Of a stretch of 50,654 nt of DNA, positions 26,795-37,638 are shown one piece after another. The position numbers were made by a program, and so were the translations under genes. The DNA is taken from IMG/VR virus record IMGVR_UViG_3300016665_000418, positions 1-50,654 of that record. One strand, 5' to 3'. The notes under the pieces are model-generated. The model did no database searches and was not told the origin of the DNA. It worked only from the letters and a program-made list of their open reading frames with translations. The number at the start of each line of letters is the position of its first letter. Positions within the stretch are counted from its first letter, which is position 1. Source of the stretch: a virus. Lineage: Duplodnaviria > Caudoviricetes.

Positions 26795-27163
26795 ATGAGT
26801 TTTGATACGCTAACAAAAAAAGAAATTGTAGTCTTGCTCAAAAAAGTGCAAGAGATAGCGGCAATGCTCAAAGATATTAATGAAATTATGAATTCTGAAT
26901 CACGTGATCCAAGTGACCCAGAGGAAAATGTTATTCAAATTATACCTGGGGTATTAAAACAGTTTGAGAAAAATCAAAAGACTCCAATGAATGTTGTTAA
27001 TATCGTAACTTTATATGAAAATTGGACACAAGAGTTATATAACGCTACAATTACAAATAAAGGTCATATGCGAAACAAAGCTATTAAACGTCATATAACA
27101 GAAGCATATGAAATTTGTAAAAGCGTAGAAAATGTGTTAAAACGTTTGATAGAGAATAATTAA
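26795..27163 (+). CDS. Hypothetical protein
   Basis: 122-aa ORF. Confidence 0.7.
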   Translation: MSFDTLTKKEIVVLLKKVQEIAAMLKDINEIMNSESRDPSDPEENVIQIIPGVLKQFEKNQKTPMNVVNIVTLYENWTQELYNATITNKGHMRNKAIKRHITEAYEICKSVENVLKRLIENN

Positions 27164-27175
27164 CCCAAAAGGATT

Positions 27176-27679
27176 ATGACAATGTTAAAATTAGAAGACT
27201 TATTCGTTACATATGGTGATGCAAAGTATGCAGAACTTGGCGTATTTATTGATTTGCTTCGTGCTCTTTCTTTATTGCACCATACACATCATTGGCAGAC
27301 ACAAGGATCTCAATTCTATGGAGATCATCTTCTTTATCAGAGATTGTATGAATTGGCTGATGGTCAAATTGATATGGTAGGCGAGAAGGCTGTAGGATTA
27401 GGTTCTGCTGATTTGGTATTGGCAAGACACTCCCTCGAGAATATGCGCCGTTATATTGAAGCGATTGAAGACGCAGATATGATGGATGCACCAGCCCTTA
27501 AAATGGCAAAAAGATCCCTCCTTGCGGAGAAATCTTTTATAACAGCCGGTGAAAAAATGATGGATCAACTTAAGAGCAAAGGTTTGCTTACTAGAGGCGT
27601 TGAACAACTATTGGGAACAATACTTGATCAACATGAAGGTGTTTTGTTCCTTCTTAAGCAAAGAGTTGCCGGAGCTTGA
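27176..27679 (+). CDS. Dps/ferritin-like protein
   Basis: HHWQTQGSQFYGDHLLYQRLYE...D..GEK resembles the Dps ferroxidase motif. Confidence 0.8.
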   Translation: MTMLKLEDLFVTYGDAKYAELGVFIDLLRALSLLHHTHHWQTQGSQFYGDHLLYQRLYELADGQIDMVGEKAVGLGSADLVLARHSLENMRRYIEAIEDADMMDAPALKMAKRSLLAEKSFITAGEKMMDQLKSKGLLTRGVEQLLGTILDQHEGVLFLLKQRVAGA

Positions 27680-28039
27680 TCAACGTAGAACATCTCCGGA
27701 AACAATCCGGATATGATCTGACGGAAACCATCCAATTTGCTGATAATAATCTAGAAATATTGGGAACATATTAACGAAGTCATTTGTTCCGCCAAGAGCT
27801 GCTGTAGCTGGTGTATTTTGTAGATGCAAAAGTTGAGTTCTGTGAATTTTAAGTGGTGTTCCTTGAATGGTACCTGTGGTTCCAGCTTTAACTCCACCTA
27901 ATCTTTGAAACTCAAATGAACCGTCATAACTTTCTTTAAGCTGACCTGATGGAAGTTTTGTTGGACCATATACTGGCAAAACTTCGTCTGGTTGGGTATG
28001 TAACATACCTGATGTAATTTGAACTCTATCGCCTTTCAT
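27680..28039 (-). CDS. Hypothetical protein
   Basis: GAGGAG SD before ATG 28039; downstream of groEL. Confidence 0.7.
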   Translation of the reverse strand: MKGDRVQITSGMLHTQPDEVLPVYGPTKLPSGQLKESYDGSFEFQRLGGVKAGTTGTIQGTPLKIHRTQLLHLQNTPATAALGGTNDFVNMFPIFLDYYQQIGWFPSDHIRIVSGDVLR

Positions 28040-28040
28040 A

Positions 28041-29768
28041 TCAATTCTCCTCTTCATTTACTATTACGGAGTTACAGGATAGAGTCAAGCCAATAACGCT
28101 GACTGCGTGCTCAAGTGCGTATCTTGTAACTTTAACTGGATCTATTATGCCTTCTGCTACTAAGTCACCATATGTGCCTTTAGCAGCATTGTATCCAAAA
28201 CGGCGTTCATCTTTATATGTGTCAGTTTTGGCTTTAAAATGTCTTACAGCAGAAACAAGGTCTTCTACATCGGCATTTTCTGTGTCAATGTAAAATACTT
28301 TGTGTCCAGTAAGACTAGTCTTTAGTCTTTGTTTAACAACATCTGGTGATGCTCCTGTGTTGCTAACGATGGTATTGAGTGGATATTCGCAAACGTTTGC
28401 AATAATTTCCATACCAGCTAATTCGTCTTGTGTTAAGTCTGAAGCAATAGTCTTTATGCGCTCTCTGAGATTATTAGCAGCGTAGTAAAGAGCAGTGCCA
28501 CCGCCAGGAACAATACCTTCTTGTGTAGCTGCCAATGTCGCATTTACTGCATCCTCTACTCTATCTTTCTTTTCCAAAATCTCTACTTCAGTTGAACCAC
28601 CAACCTTGATCACTGCAACGCCACCAGAGAGCCGTGCTAGCCTTTTACGGTATTTGTCAACGTGTAGGGCATCCAAGGTCTTATCTTCGATTAAAGAGGT
28701 TCTAAGAGCCTTTATACGGTCTTCTAGAGCGGTCTTACGGTCGCCATCTAGGTCGCTGATGATTGTAGTCGTGTTTCTTCCTATAATAACCTTCTTAGCA
28801 GAACCAAGATGATTAAGATTTGCTTTCTTAAGAGTCAAATCAGTTGTGGCGTTGAATACGGTGCCACCTGTTAAGGTTTGAATGTCTGAAAGGATATCTG
28901 CACGATGTTCACCATAACTTGGAGCCTTAATAGCACAAACCTTTACAACACCCTTTGTCTTATTAACGATAAGAGTGTGAAGTGCTTCGCCTTCTACATC
29001 ATCTGCAATGATAAGAAGTGGACGTGAGGTTTTAAGAACGCCTTCCAATAATCCAATAATATCCTGTATTGAGGATATTTTATTTGGAGTCATTAGAACA
29101 TATGGATTTTCAAGTTCACAGGTAGCACGTTCTGAATTTGTGATAAAGAATGGTGAAACGTATCCACTATCCAATTGCATACCTTCCACGATATCAAGAG
29201 TAGTTTCAACACTTTTAGCTGGCTCTACTGTTATGATACCATCATTGCCAACACGCTCAATAGCAGTAGCCAACAATTCACCAATGGAACGATCGCCATT
29301 AGCAGAAATTGTTCCGACATTAACAATATCTTCTCGAGACGAAAGAGGAATTGAAGTTTGCTTAAGATGTTTTATAACAATATCCGTCGCATAATCCATT
29401 CCTTTTTTAATATCAATAGCAGATCGTCCTGTAGAAATCATCTTAAGACCTTCTGTAAAGATAGCATGACCTAATACTGTAGCAGTGGTAGTACCATCGC
29501 CTGCAATATCATTTGTTTTAGATGCAACTTCTTTAAGGAGTTCGGCTCCCATTGATTGAAGTTTATCTTTAAGATTGATTGATTTAGCTACAGTTACTCC
29601 GTCTTTTGTTATGAGCGGAGGTCCGGTTTCCATGTCAATAATAACTGAGTGACCGGATGGACCCATGGTAGAAGCTACAGCGTTTGCAAGGACTGTAGCT
29701 CCTTTGTATAGTTCTTCATGGGCTTTAGGAAAGAAAACAACTCGTTGACTGGGAGGTTGATTGCTCAT
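28041..29768 (-). CDS. groEL: Chaperonin GroEL
   Basis: [45 protein letters not shown]. Confidence 0.97.
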   Translation of the reverse strand: MSNQPPSQRVVFFPKAHEELYKGATVLANAVASTMGPSGHSVIIDMETGPPLITKDGVTVAKSINLKDKLQSMGAELLKEVASKTNDIAGDGTTTATVLGHAIFTEGLKMISTGRSAIDIKKGMDYATDIVIKHLKQTSIPLSSREDIVNVGTISANGDRSIGELLATAIERVGNDGIITVEPAKSVETTLDIVEGMQLDSGYVSPFFITNSERATCELENPYVLMTPNKISSIQDIIGLLEGVLKTSRPLLIIADDVEGEALHTLIVNKTKGVVKVCAIKAPSYGEHRADILSDIQTLTGGTVFNATTDLTLKKANLNHLGSAKKVIIGRNTTTIISDLDGDRKTALEDRIKALRTSLIEDKTLDALHVDKYRKRLARLSGGVAVIKVGGSTEVEILEKKDRVEDAVNATLAATQEGIVPGGGTALYYAANNLRERIKTIASDLTQDELAGMEIIANVCEYPLNTIVSNTGASPDVVKQRLKTSLTGHKVFYIDTENADVEDLVSAVRHFKAKTDTYKDERRFGYNAAKGTYGDLVAEGIIDPVKVTRYALEHAVSVIGLTLSCNSVIVNEEEN

Positions 29769-30352
29769 GTTCTAATATTGACCTTTACTACTTGACCACC
29801 AGGCAATTGGATTTCTTCTTGATCTATTAAATCGCCTGATGTATTTTGTTCTTCAGACATTGCTGCTATGAGTTTATTACGAGCTTCTTTAGCAGCTTGT
29901 GCTTTTGTGACTCCAGAATTTTTCTTTTTTGGTTCTGGCGGGTTATGAGAAGTTATATCTTCTTCTTCAATTAAAGAATTTGGATCTATCTTGTCTTCTT
30001 CACGGTATTGTTCAGCAATTTTTGTTTTTGAACCATACCATACGGCGGCTCTTTTTTCTGCATCTTCAACAATAGTGCTAACAAATTGATCCAATCTTTG
30101 TCTCAATACAGCTTGAACTTCGTCTAACGTTGCATATAGTTCGCCATCTAGACGTTTTGAATCAATAATCTTTTCTTTTCCCGTTGGACCAACAGAAACT
30201 TTCCAAGAGGTTTCATTGCCATTAAGCTTTTTTATTGTAACTTCCTCTACAACAATAGCTGGAATAATTTTTTGTGCCTTATTAGAAAGCACATAAATTA
30301 TTTGCCCTATTTGGAGAGTGCTATTTTGTTCAATAGGCATCGAATATATCAC
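29765..30352 (-). CDS. Hypothetical protein
   Basis: ATGA-coupled to groEL. Confidence 0.8.
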   Translation of the reverse strand: MIYSMPIEQNSTLQIGQIIYVLSNKAQKIIPAIVVEEVTIKKLNGNETSWKVSVGPTGKEKIIDSKRLDGELYATLDEVQAVLRQRLDQFVSTIVEDAEKRAAVWYGSKTKIAEQYREEDKIDPNSLIEEEDITSHNPPEPKKKNSGVTKAQAAKEARNKLIAAMSEEQNTSGDLIDQEEIQLPGGQVVKVNIRT

Positions 30353-30537
30353 CTGCGTAATAACTTCATCATTTCTTCTGTCAAAACAAGAACAACATCT
30401 TGTTCTCCGGTTTTACGTTCATAAGCAGATAAATCTAAGTTATTTAACTGCGCCCGTAATTTTGCGTTGTTAAGATGACCACCATAATTTTCATATATGT
30501 GAATTAACTTTTCAATAACGTTTGGATGTAATTTCAT
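30349..30537 (-). CDS. Hypothetical protein
   Basis: Coupled ORF; AAGGAG SD. Confidence 0.7.
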   Translation of the reverse strand: MKLHPNVIEKLIHIYENYGGHLNNAKLRAQLNNLDLSAYERKTGEQDVVLVLTEEMMKLLRR

Positions 30538-30992
30538 TGCATCTTCTCCTTAGTCTTCTTTTCCAATTCTTGAGCTACCAATTCTCTCTTCTCTATTTTC
30601 TCTTTTTCAGCTTCATCCTTGATGATAGAAACCTGGAACATTACTTTATCCAAAATCTTTTGACCTTCTTCCTTTGCTACTTGAAGTGGCTTCATTCCAA
30701 GCGCAACACGAATTTGATCATTTAAATCTGGCGAGAGTCTATCTTTAAGATATTCCATATCAACATACTTGTGTGGAATTTGATCAACGATTGCGACTTC
30801 TCTTCCACGTTCATCTGGCTCTGTTTCGCCGGTATGCTTATATTCAAAAATGAAAAGCATTGGAGGCATTTGACCTTCTTTTGGAACTTCAATGTATGGC
30901 ATTGAAATACCTTTGTCATTCTTGCCAGATGGCTCTTCATAAAGAATAACTGGCAATTGTGGCTGCTTATTTACTGCTTTAGCTGTGCTCAT
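30534..30992 (-). CDS. Hypothetical protein
   Basis: ATGA-coupled 152-aa ORF. Confidence 0.8.
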   Translation of the reverse strand: MSTAKAVNKQPQLPVILYEEPSGKNDKGISMPYIEVPKEGQMPPMLFIFEYKHTGETEPDERGREVAIVDQIPHKYVDMEYLKDRLSPDLNDQIRVALGMKPLQVAKEEGQKILDKVMFQVSIIKDEAEKEKIEKRELVAQELEKKTKEKMQ

Positions 30993-31258
30993 ATACTTTC
31001 TTTCTCTTCCAAGATATCAACAAATGTATCGAAGGTATCCTTATAGGAAACCTTCTTCTTGATCTTAACAGTTCTCATAGCCGCCTGTAAGGTCTTTACA
31101 TCAAGGCGGTCACTATACTCTTCAAGCAGCTCTTTCTGGCTCTCTTTGAGAAGAGTAATTTCATTTTCTATGTTCTTAAAACGATCAACAAACTCCGATA
31201 CAAGTGCGGTAAGCGCACCGATTTCATCGGGTTGACGTTCTGCTCCATCTAATGCCAT
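30989..31258 (-). CDS. GapR/DUF2312 or T4 DsbA-like small DNA-binding protein
   Basis: L..FVDRF..IE.E...L.E..KE..EEY...LDVKTL..A....K pattern; AAGGAG SD. Confidence 0.65.
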   Translation of the reverse strand: MALDGAERQPDEIGALTALVSEFVDRFKNIENEITLLKESQKELLEEYSDRLDVKTLQAAMRTVKIKKKVSYKDTFDTFVDILEEKESI

Positions 31259-31316
31259 ATATTATCACTCCTTTTTTGAAAGAGGATAATAGCAAGTTTT
31301 TTATTTGGATGAAAAA

Positions 31317-32585
31317 TCAGGTTGTAATGGAGCCAGGAGCTAATTGCTGCAACTCTTGAATTGCTTTATCAACTTTGGGTGCCAATACTGGATTTTGTTT
31401 TTTTAATGCATTAAGTTGCTGAACATACGCAGGCTTAAATGCTGCTCGAATTGTTTTAACTAATTCTTTTTGAAACTCTGGATCGCTTAGTTGTTTTTGC
31501 TCTTCTTCTGGAGTTGCTTTTTTCGACTTGAAATATGCATCAATATTTGATTTATATTTTTCTTTTAAAGAGTCGATGTTAATATCATTAAACGTTTGAC
31601 GAGCTTTATCCATTATTTCATCAACTAGTATTTGTTGTCCGTCTTGTATCATTGGACTTTTCAACAATTTCATTTGCATAGCTGGTGATTGAATTATGCT
31701 TGCTAATTTTTTCTGTAACGCAGACCAACGTTGTAAAAATTGATTTCTTCTTTCTGAATCTAGTCTTGGAACAACTTGTTGAGTTTGTGATTGAACAGCA
31801 GCTTGCAATTGTTCTTTCAGAAATCCTGCTTTGCGTGCATCACGTTCACTTCCAAATAATTCAACTCCTAAATCTCTTCTTAATCTTTTCAGTTCTTCTG
31901 ATTGGCTATAATCCACTTCTGGTTGTGAAGCTACTGTTGTAATTGCAGTCTGTGCTTGAGGAGTTCGCATTTTTGAAATGTTTGAAATATTTTGTTGTTG
32001 GGCTTGTATGTTTTTTTCTGAAGTTCCTGTGAATTCTCTTATAAGCTGTGCAACTTCTTTATCCCACTTTTCAAAGTCTTCTTCTGAACCGGTCAATATT
32101 TCTACTAGTTCTCTTGCTTCTCCAACTGCATGATTAGATGCCCATTTACCAAGAGCAATGCCGGGATTAGCCATAAATAAAGCCATATTAAAATCCGGAT
32201 TGTCAAAAATTTCTTCGTTTTTCTTTATTGTTTCCGCATATTGGCTATCGATACTGGCTAACTTTGATTTAATTTCTCTACGATCTTCATCTCCCATGGC
32301 TGATATATTACCTGCATCTGGTACTATTCCTGGTATTAATGCAAATGCTAAACTTTTAGCAGCTATTTTTGCTTCTCCAATACCAACTGTAGCCAATTTT
32401 TTTGCACCCATTAACGAAGTATCTACAACATTTTTTATAGAATCCAAACCAAACATTCTTGCAAAATCTGTAGAAAAGAAGTCTCCCTCTTCATTAAGCA
32501 TATTTTTTTGTTCTAATATTAAAGAAAGATATTCTCTTAAGAGAGCTCGTTCACGGATTTTCTTTATTTTTTCTTTTGAGTGCAT
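31317..32585 (-). CDS. Hypothetical, probable internal head protein
   Basis: 422 aa; N-terminal LLREYLSLILEQKNMLNE leader. Confidence 0.7.
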   Translation of the reverse strand: MHSKEKIKKIRERALLREYLSLILEQKNMLNEEGDFFSTDFARMFGLDSIKNVVDTSLMGAKKLATVGIGEAKIAAKSLAFALIPGIVPDAGNISAMGDEDRREIKSKLASIDSQYAETIKKNEEIFDNPDFNMALFMANPGIALGKWASNHAVGEARELVEILTGSEEDFEKWDKEVAQLIREFTGTSEKNIQAQQQNISNISKMRTPQAQTAITTVASQPEVDYSQSEELKRLRRDLGVELFGSERDARKAGFLKEQLQAAVQSQTQQVVPRLDSERRNQFLQRWSALQKKLASIIQSPAMQMKLLKSPMIQDGQQILVDEIMDKARQTFNDINIDSLKEKYKSNIDAYFKSKKATPEEEQKQLSDPEFQKELVKTIRAAFKPAYVQQLNALKKQNPVLAPKVDKAIQELQQLAPGSITT

Positions 32586-32949
32586 TTTTTTGTCTCTCTT
32601 TATTGTATTTCTTAAGACCCCAACCCCTACGGTGTCTTACCCATTCAGGATTATGTATAACGTTATCAGATATTCTTAACTCTTTGCCTGTCTCGGTCTT
32701 CCAATACTCTATCACGAGTTTTTCAAAATCATTTAGGGAATGTTTCTTTGTTGAATAATGCCTGCGGGAGAAATAATGTCGATATTCATTTGTTAATAAC
32801 CACAATATTTCTTTTTTAACTGCCAACCAATCCTCAGACTCATTGGCATATTGCATTACATAATTAATCGCTTCCCAAATCTTATCCGGTATAGTCTCAT
32901 ATTTATTCATGTTCGTAATATCCATAAATAGTTTGTGGAACCCTACCAA
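32551..32949 (-). CDS. Hypothetical protein
   Basis: Start probably at a downstream ATG (about 32925 or 32910). Confidence 0.65.
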   Translation of the reverse strand: MVGFHKLFMDITNMNKYETIPDKIWEAINYVMQYANESEDWLAVKKEILWLLTNEYRHYFSRRHYSTKKHSLNDFEKLVIEYWKTETGKELRISDNVIHNPEWVRHRRGWGLKKYNKERQKNALKRKNKENP

Positions 32950-32964
32950 TTAGAGAAGGTTATA
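32935..32964 (+). repeat. Dispersed 29-30 bp intergenic motif, copy 2
   Basis: GTGGAACCCTACCAATTAGAGAAGGTTATA between divergent genes. Confidence 0.85.
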
Positions 32965-32965
32965 C

Positions 32966-33529
32966 ATGCAAAGTGCTCGCAAAACAATTGGTCTTATAGC
33001 TGGCGGGTTCAAACCCTTTACTGCTGGTCATTATAATTTAGTTCAAAAAGCTTCAAGTGAATGTGACGAGGTTAAACTTTTTGTCTCTATTGGAGATAGA
33101 AAACGTGAAGGAGAACTTCCTCTTACTTGGACACAGATGCAACCAATATGGAACGAATATTTGGAACCTGTAATTACTAAACTTGGCAATGTAGATGTTG
33201 TTTATACTAAAACTCCAATACGTTCCATATATGAACTTCTTATCGATGCAAATGCAGATGAAGATAATATGAATACGTATGTAATCTATTCAGATCCAGA
33301 AGATATGAAGAAATCATACAGTGATGCAACTCAAATGAAGTATTGGCCTCGTCTTGTAGACAATGATCAGATTTTGCTTCACATGGTTGATCGTGGAGAG
33401 ACAGGTGGAATCTCTGGAACAGTTATGCGTAAAGCATTAGCTAAAGGCAATATGGAAGCATTTATAGCGGGATTGCCAGAGCCAGTTAGACTCTATGGTC
33501 CCGCTATATTTGATATGTTGAAAGTTTAA
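32966..33529 (+). CDS. Cytidyltransferase-like (HIGH superfamily) nucleotidyltransferase
   Basis: AGGFKPFTAGH; ISGTVMRKAL. Confidence 0.8.
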   Translation: MQSARKTIGLIAGGFKPFTAGHYNLVQKASSECDEVKLFVSIGDRKREGELPLTWTQMQPIWNEYLEPVITKLGNVDVVYTKTPIRSIYELLIDANADEDNMNTYVIYSDPEDMKKSYSDATQMKYWPRLVDNDQILLHMVDRGETGGISGTVMRKALAKGNMEAFIAGLPEPVRLYGPAIFDMLKV

Positions 33530-33531
33530 AA

Positions 33532-34548
33532 TCAATCTTTTGTTTTAGTTGTTTTAAGATTCTTTGTTTGTTGCTTCATTAGAAGTAACATTGCCTTGAG
33601 GCTTTGTGGATCATCTGCTGAAAATGGTGATTGACCTTTTGTCTTAAGGCGTGCTTGAACTCTAATACCACCACCAACAACTTCTATGCCACTTGATAGA
33701 ACTTTTGAACCGGATCTTGCTGACCTAATTTCTATATCAATATCTCCGTTTAATTGCGGAATTGGAAGATTAGCTGGATTGCCAGCTAAATAGAAAAGTC
33801 CAGCGCCGCCAATTTGTATATAAAATATGCCTTTTTTAGCATAGTGTTTTGCAATGAAATCTACTGTATTTTTGATTTTAACATTAACAAGCAAGTTTTT
33901 ATGAGTTGCTTGTTCCCATGCATCTTTTGTGCAAGACATTGGGAATCCAGAAACTTTGCCATTAATTAACTTTGGTCTTTTTTTTGATATGTAAGATATT
34001 AGATTGTTTAGTTCAGACGCCTTTGATGAAATGGCAGATATAAGTAATTCTTCTGTTTCTGGCTCCATGTTTTTAACTAATGTTATACCTTTTGAACCAA
34101 AACGAACACTTGAACCTCCCATTTGTGCGTCATTATCTAATTTAACTTCAATATTATATACTTTATTGTTTATTTTAATATCCGCATCGGCTGCTGCTGC
34201 GCTGGCTCCTGCACCAGTTGTAATGTTTCCTGTCATTCCAGCTAATCTAATCGCTCTTAAAACTTTATTTTCATAATCAAATCCACCGGAGCTACTACTT
34301 TCACTAATTTGTTTTACATCTTGAGCTGCATCAACAGACATATTAATTTTCTGTTCAATTTCATCTTTCAAAGAATCAAGAATTTCTTCATCATGTGATG
34401 AAATCATTTCTTCCTTTGGTTGTTCCAAGGGCTTATCTGAAGAAATATCTGAATTTAAATTTTTTTCATTTTCTATTTCAAATAATTCGGTTAGAAGATT
34501 TTCTAAATTTGACTTTTTATTCACTTTGGACACTCCACTCATTTTCAT
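33532..34548 (-). CDS. PD-(D/E)XK nuclease-like protein with acidic N-terminal leader
   Basis: GFDYENKV...AADADI...NIEVK. Confidence 0.6.
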   Translation of the reverse strand: MKMSGVSKVNKKSNLENLLTELFEIENEKNLNSDISSDKPLEQPKEEMISSHDEEILDSLKDEIEQKINMSVDAAQDVKQISESSSSGGFDYENKVLRAIRLAGMTGNITTGAGASAAAADADIKINNKVYNIEVKLDNDAQMGGSSVRFGSKGITLVKNMEPETEELLISAISSKASELNNLISYISKKRPKLINGKVSGFPMSCTKDAWEQATHKNLLVNVKIKNTVDFIAKHYAKKGIFYIQIGGAGLFYLAGNPANLPIPQLNGDIDIEIRSARSGSKVLSSGIEVVGGGIRVQARLKTKGQSPFSADDPQSLKAMLLLMKQQTKNLKTTKTKD

Positions 34549-34581
34549 TCAATAATTACAATCACGAAGAGGTAAATTACA

Positions 34582-36705
34582 TTGGCCAATCGAAATGATC
34601 CATTTTTTTCCAGACTAACCAAATTATTCCGGTCTGGACCAGCAATTCAACGTCGTGTCAAAGGATACGATTATAAAAGCTATTACGACAATCAGCTTGT
34701 CCGTGGTAATCTAGGTTATCGTGGACCATTTCCATTTGGTCGTGAAAGCTCTCCTTTCTCTGTTCTTGGAGCCTATGGTATCCTTGACCGCATGGCTCGT
34801 TATTCCGAATTTGCTGAAATGGAATATCAGCCAGAGATTGCTGCTGCTTTAAATATCTTTGCCGATGAAACAGCCGCCGGAGATGAAAAAGGTAAAGCTT
34901 TCCATTTATATTCAAAGAATCCAGAGGTTAAAAAGGCTCTTGAAGAGTTGTTCTATGACATTCTCAACATAGACTTCAATCTTCGCCCTTGGATTCGTAA
35001 CTTGGTCAAGTATGGAGATTTCTTTCTCTATAATGAAGTTATCCCAGATATTGGTATTGTTAACGTCCAGCCAATTCCTGTTAACGAGCTTGAGCGTGAG
35101 GAAGGCTTTGATCAGCATGATCCATATGCTGTTCGTTATAAGTGGCTTACAAGAGGAAATAGATACCTTGAGAACTGGCAGATTACTCATATGCGAGTTC
35201 TTGGTAACGATCTCTTCCTCCCATACGGAACTTCTATACTTGAGCCAGCCAGAAGAATTTGGCGTCAATTAATCATGATGGAAGACAGCATGTTAGTTTA
35301 TCGTGTTGTTCGCTCTCCAGAACGTCGTGTTTTCTATATTGACGTTGGTAACGTGGCTCCTAATGACGTTCCTTCATACATGGAAGCTGTTAAGCAAACC
35401 ATGCGTTCTAGAGATGTTGTAGATAGAACAAATGGCAGAATGGATCAACGTTATAATCCATTAAGCATTGACGAAGATTATTTCATTCCTGTTCGTGGTG
35501 GTCAAACTGGAACAAAGATTGAAACTCTTGCCGGTGGTCAAAATGCTACCGCAGTAGACGACGTAAAATATCTTCAGCAGAAGCTATTTGCAGCAATCCA
35601 GGTTCCAAAGCCTTACTTGAACTTTGATGAAAACCTTTCTGCCAAGGCATCTCTAGCCCAGCAGGACGTTCGTTTCTCAAGAACCATCTCAGTTCTTCAG
35701 AGAGTTATTATTAGCGAACTTAATAAAATGGCAATGATTCATCTTTACTCAAAGGGATTTGATGGAGATGATCTTATTTCATTTGAACTTAAGTTGAGCA
35801 ATCCATCAACAGTAGCAATGCAGCAAAAGTTGGAAGCAATGTCTACAAAGTTTGATATTGCTGGTAAGGCAAAAGAAACCAAACTTGTTGATCAAGACTG
35901 GATTCAAAAGAAGATTCTTGATCTTACTGATGATGATATTATTAAGATTGAAGCCGGTATTCGTAGAGATAAGATTCGTGAAGTTGAGATTGAAGCTGTT
36001 GCAGTAAAGGAAAATCTTCCACAAAAGAATACAACAACAGATCCATTTGATCCAAGCAACTACGTAATGCCAGGTTCTGATGTTAAAAAGAATCCTCCGC
36101 TTGGTCAAGGTATTGATGGAGATGCAAATACTTCAACACAGCCTATTAATATATCCGCAAACATGCAAGCTCTTGCAACTAGTGGTGTTTCTGTAGCTGG
36201 ACAGCCTTCTGCATCACCAGATGCAGCTCCTAATGGCGTTCCCATCAAAGCCACACCATTCTTATCAGCAGCTCGTCATAATGAACGTAGAAGAGTTGGA
36301 ATGGCTGGAAGAGGCAATTTGTCAATGCCAGACTTTAAAGATATGTTGTCTGGAAATAACAAATATATGACAGATATCAATGATAAAGAAACATTGAATC
36401 TCAAGAGTCAATTTAGTCTTTCTGAAGAAAAGAACATTTCAGATATTGAAATTGAATACAAGCCACCGCCAGTTATTTCTCGTGATATGAAGTATCTAAT
36501 GAATAAGTTGGATGATCATTTTGCAAAAGCTGGTGGACGTAAAAATCGTAAAATTCTTACAGAGAACGAAGTCAAGCTTGACGATCTAAGAGACGAGCCT
36601 CTTTTTGAAATGAATATCGTTGGTGACGAGATATTAATAGAAAACACAGATAAAAATAATAAAGCGGAAGAAAACGACGATTTAGATTTAAGCACTTTAG
36701 AATGA
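34582..36705 (+). CDS. Portal vertex protein (T4 gp20-like), TTG start
   Basis: MEDSMLVYRVVRSPERRVFYIDVGN, EDYFIPVRGG, TKIETLAGG. Confidence 0.96.
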   Translation: MANRNDPFFSRLTKLFRSGPAIQRRVKGYDYKSYYDNQLVRGNLGYRGPFPFGRESSPFSVLGAYGILDRMARYSEFAEMEYQPEIAAALNIFADETAAGDEKGKAFHLYSKNPEVKKALEELFYDILNIDFNLRPWIRNLVKYGDFFLYNEVIPDIGIVNVQPIPVNELEREEGFDQHDPYAVRYKWLTRGNRYLENWQITHMRVLGNDLFLPYGTSILEPARRIWRQLIMMEDSMLVYRVVRSPERRVFYIDVGNVAPNDVPSYMEAVKQTMRSRDVVDRTNGRMDQRYNPLSIDEDYFIPVRGGQTGTKIETLAGGQNATAVDDVKYLQQKLFAAIQVPKPYLNFDENLSAKASLAQQDVRFSRTISVLQRVIISELNKMAMIHLYSKGFDGDDLISFELKLSNPSTVAMQQKLEAMSTKFDIAGKAKETKLVDQDWIQKKILDLTDDDIIKIEAGIRRDKIREVEIEAVAVKENLPQKNTTTDPFDPSNYVMPGSDVKKNPPLGQGIDGDANTSTQPINISANMQALATSGVSVAGQPSASPDAAPNGVPIKATPFLSAARHNERRRVGMAGRGNLSMPDFKDMLSGNNKYMTDINDKETLNLKSQFSLSEEKNISDIEIEYKPPPVISRDMKYLMNKLDDHFAKAGGRKNRKILTENEVKLDDLRDEPLFEMNIVGDEILIENTDKNNKAEENDDLDLSTLE

Positions 36706-36774
36706 TTTGATTTTTACTATAGTTCTTCCCTATTTATATCAGGAATTGACCTATAAGAGAATGGGTAATTTGAG

Positions 36775-37638
36775 ATGGAATTTAAACACAACAAAAAGCG
36801 TAATATCGGTTTAATAAGTGAATTTTTCTCACGTTATATTGCTGAAGCATTTATTGACGACCGGCATGAAGACATTGCTAAGGCTCGTAAGCTTTGGGAA
36901 AAACACGTGCATCCAAAGTCTGCAACTTACACAGAATTGCAAATATTTAATGCATTGCATGAAAGCAATCTAAACTCAAAAGAAATTGCTTTCTCAATGC
37001 TTGAGAAGGCAAAGTCAGTTTGTAAGAAACAATCGCAACAAAAGTTGGACGAAGAAAAAGCTTCTCTTATTAATGAAATAAGTTCCGTTCTAGGAGACAA
37101 ATCATTCTTTGATCGCTCCGTTCCAGATTACAAGTCATATGCTTCCGTTCAAGTTTTAATGAATGCTTGGAGAGGAACTGGATTTAAAGGTTCCATCTCT
37201 GAAATGGCACAACTTGAAGAAATGATTTTGGAACATATATTGACCAAAAAAACAAAGCCAGAGATTGATGCGTCCAGCGTAACAACTTCTGAGGTCAATA
37301 GTCTTGTTGTTAAGCTTATGACTGAAAAATTCAATGCCAAGTATAATGGCTTATTGAATGAAGAACAAAAAGAAATTGTTAGCCTTTACATGTTGAGCCA
37401 CGATAACAAAGAAAATAAAGAACGTTTGGTTTCATTGCTTGAAGGCTTGAGAGTAAGCACCTTAAAGGGTTTAAAGTCACCAGTAATGACTGAGGGTTTA
37501 GATAGAATTCTTAAGAGCAAGTTAGGAGAGGTTGTTTCTTTACTTGAAACCAGTGATTTGACTAATGTAACCGATGAAACAATTACATTCTATATGTCAA
37601 TTGCAAAACTAAAGGAAGAAATGGAGAGCAAATCATGA
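36775..37638 (+). CDS. Head-module hypothetical protein
   Basis: Between portal and protease; ATGA-coupled to the protease. Confidence 0.8.
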   Translation: MEFKHNKKRNIGLISEFFSRYIAEAFIDDRHEDIAKARKLWEKHVHPKSATYTELQIFNALHESNLNSKEIAFSMLEKAKSVCKKQSQQKLDEEKASLINEISSVLGDKSFFDRSVPDYKSYASVQVLMNAWRGTGFKGSISEMAQLEEMILEHILTKKTKPEIDASSVTTSEVNSLVVKLMTEKFNAKYNGLLNEEQKEIVSLYMLSHDNKENKERLVSLLEGLRVSTLKGLKSPVMTEGLDRILKSKLGEVVSLLETSDLTNVTDETITFYMSIAKLKEEMESKS

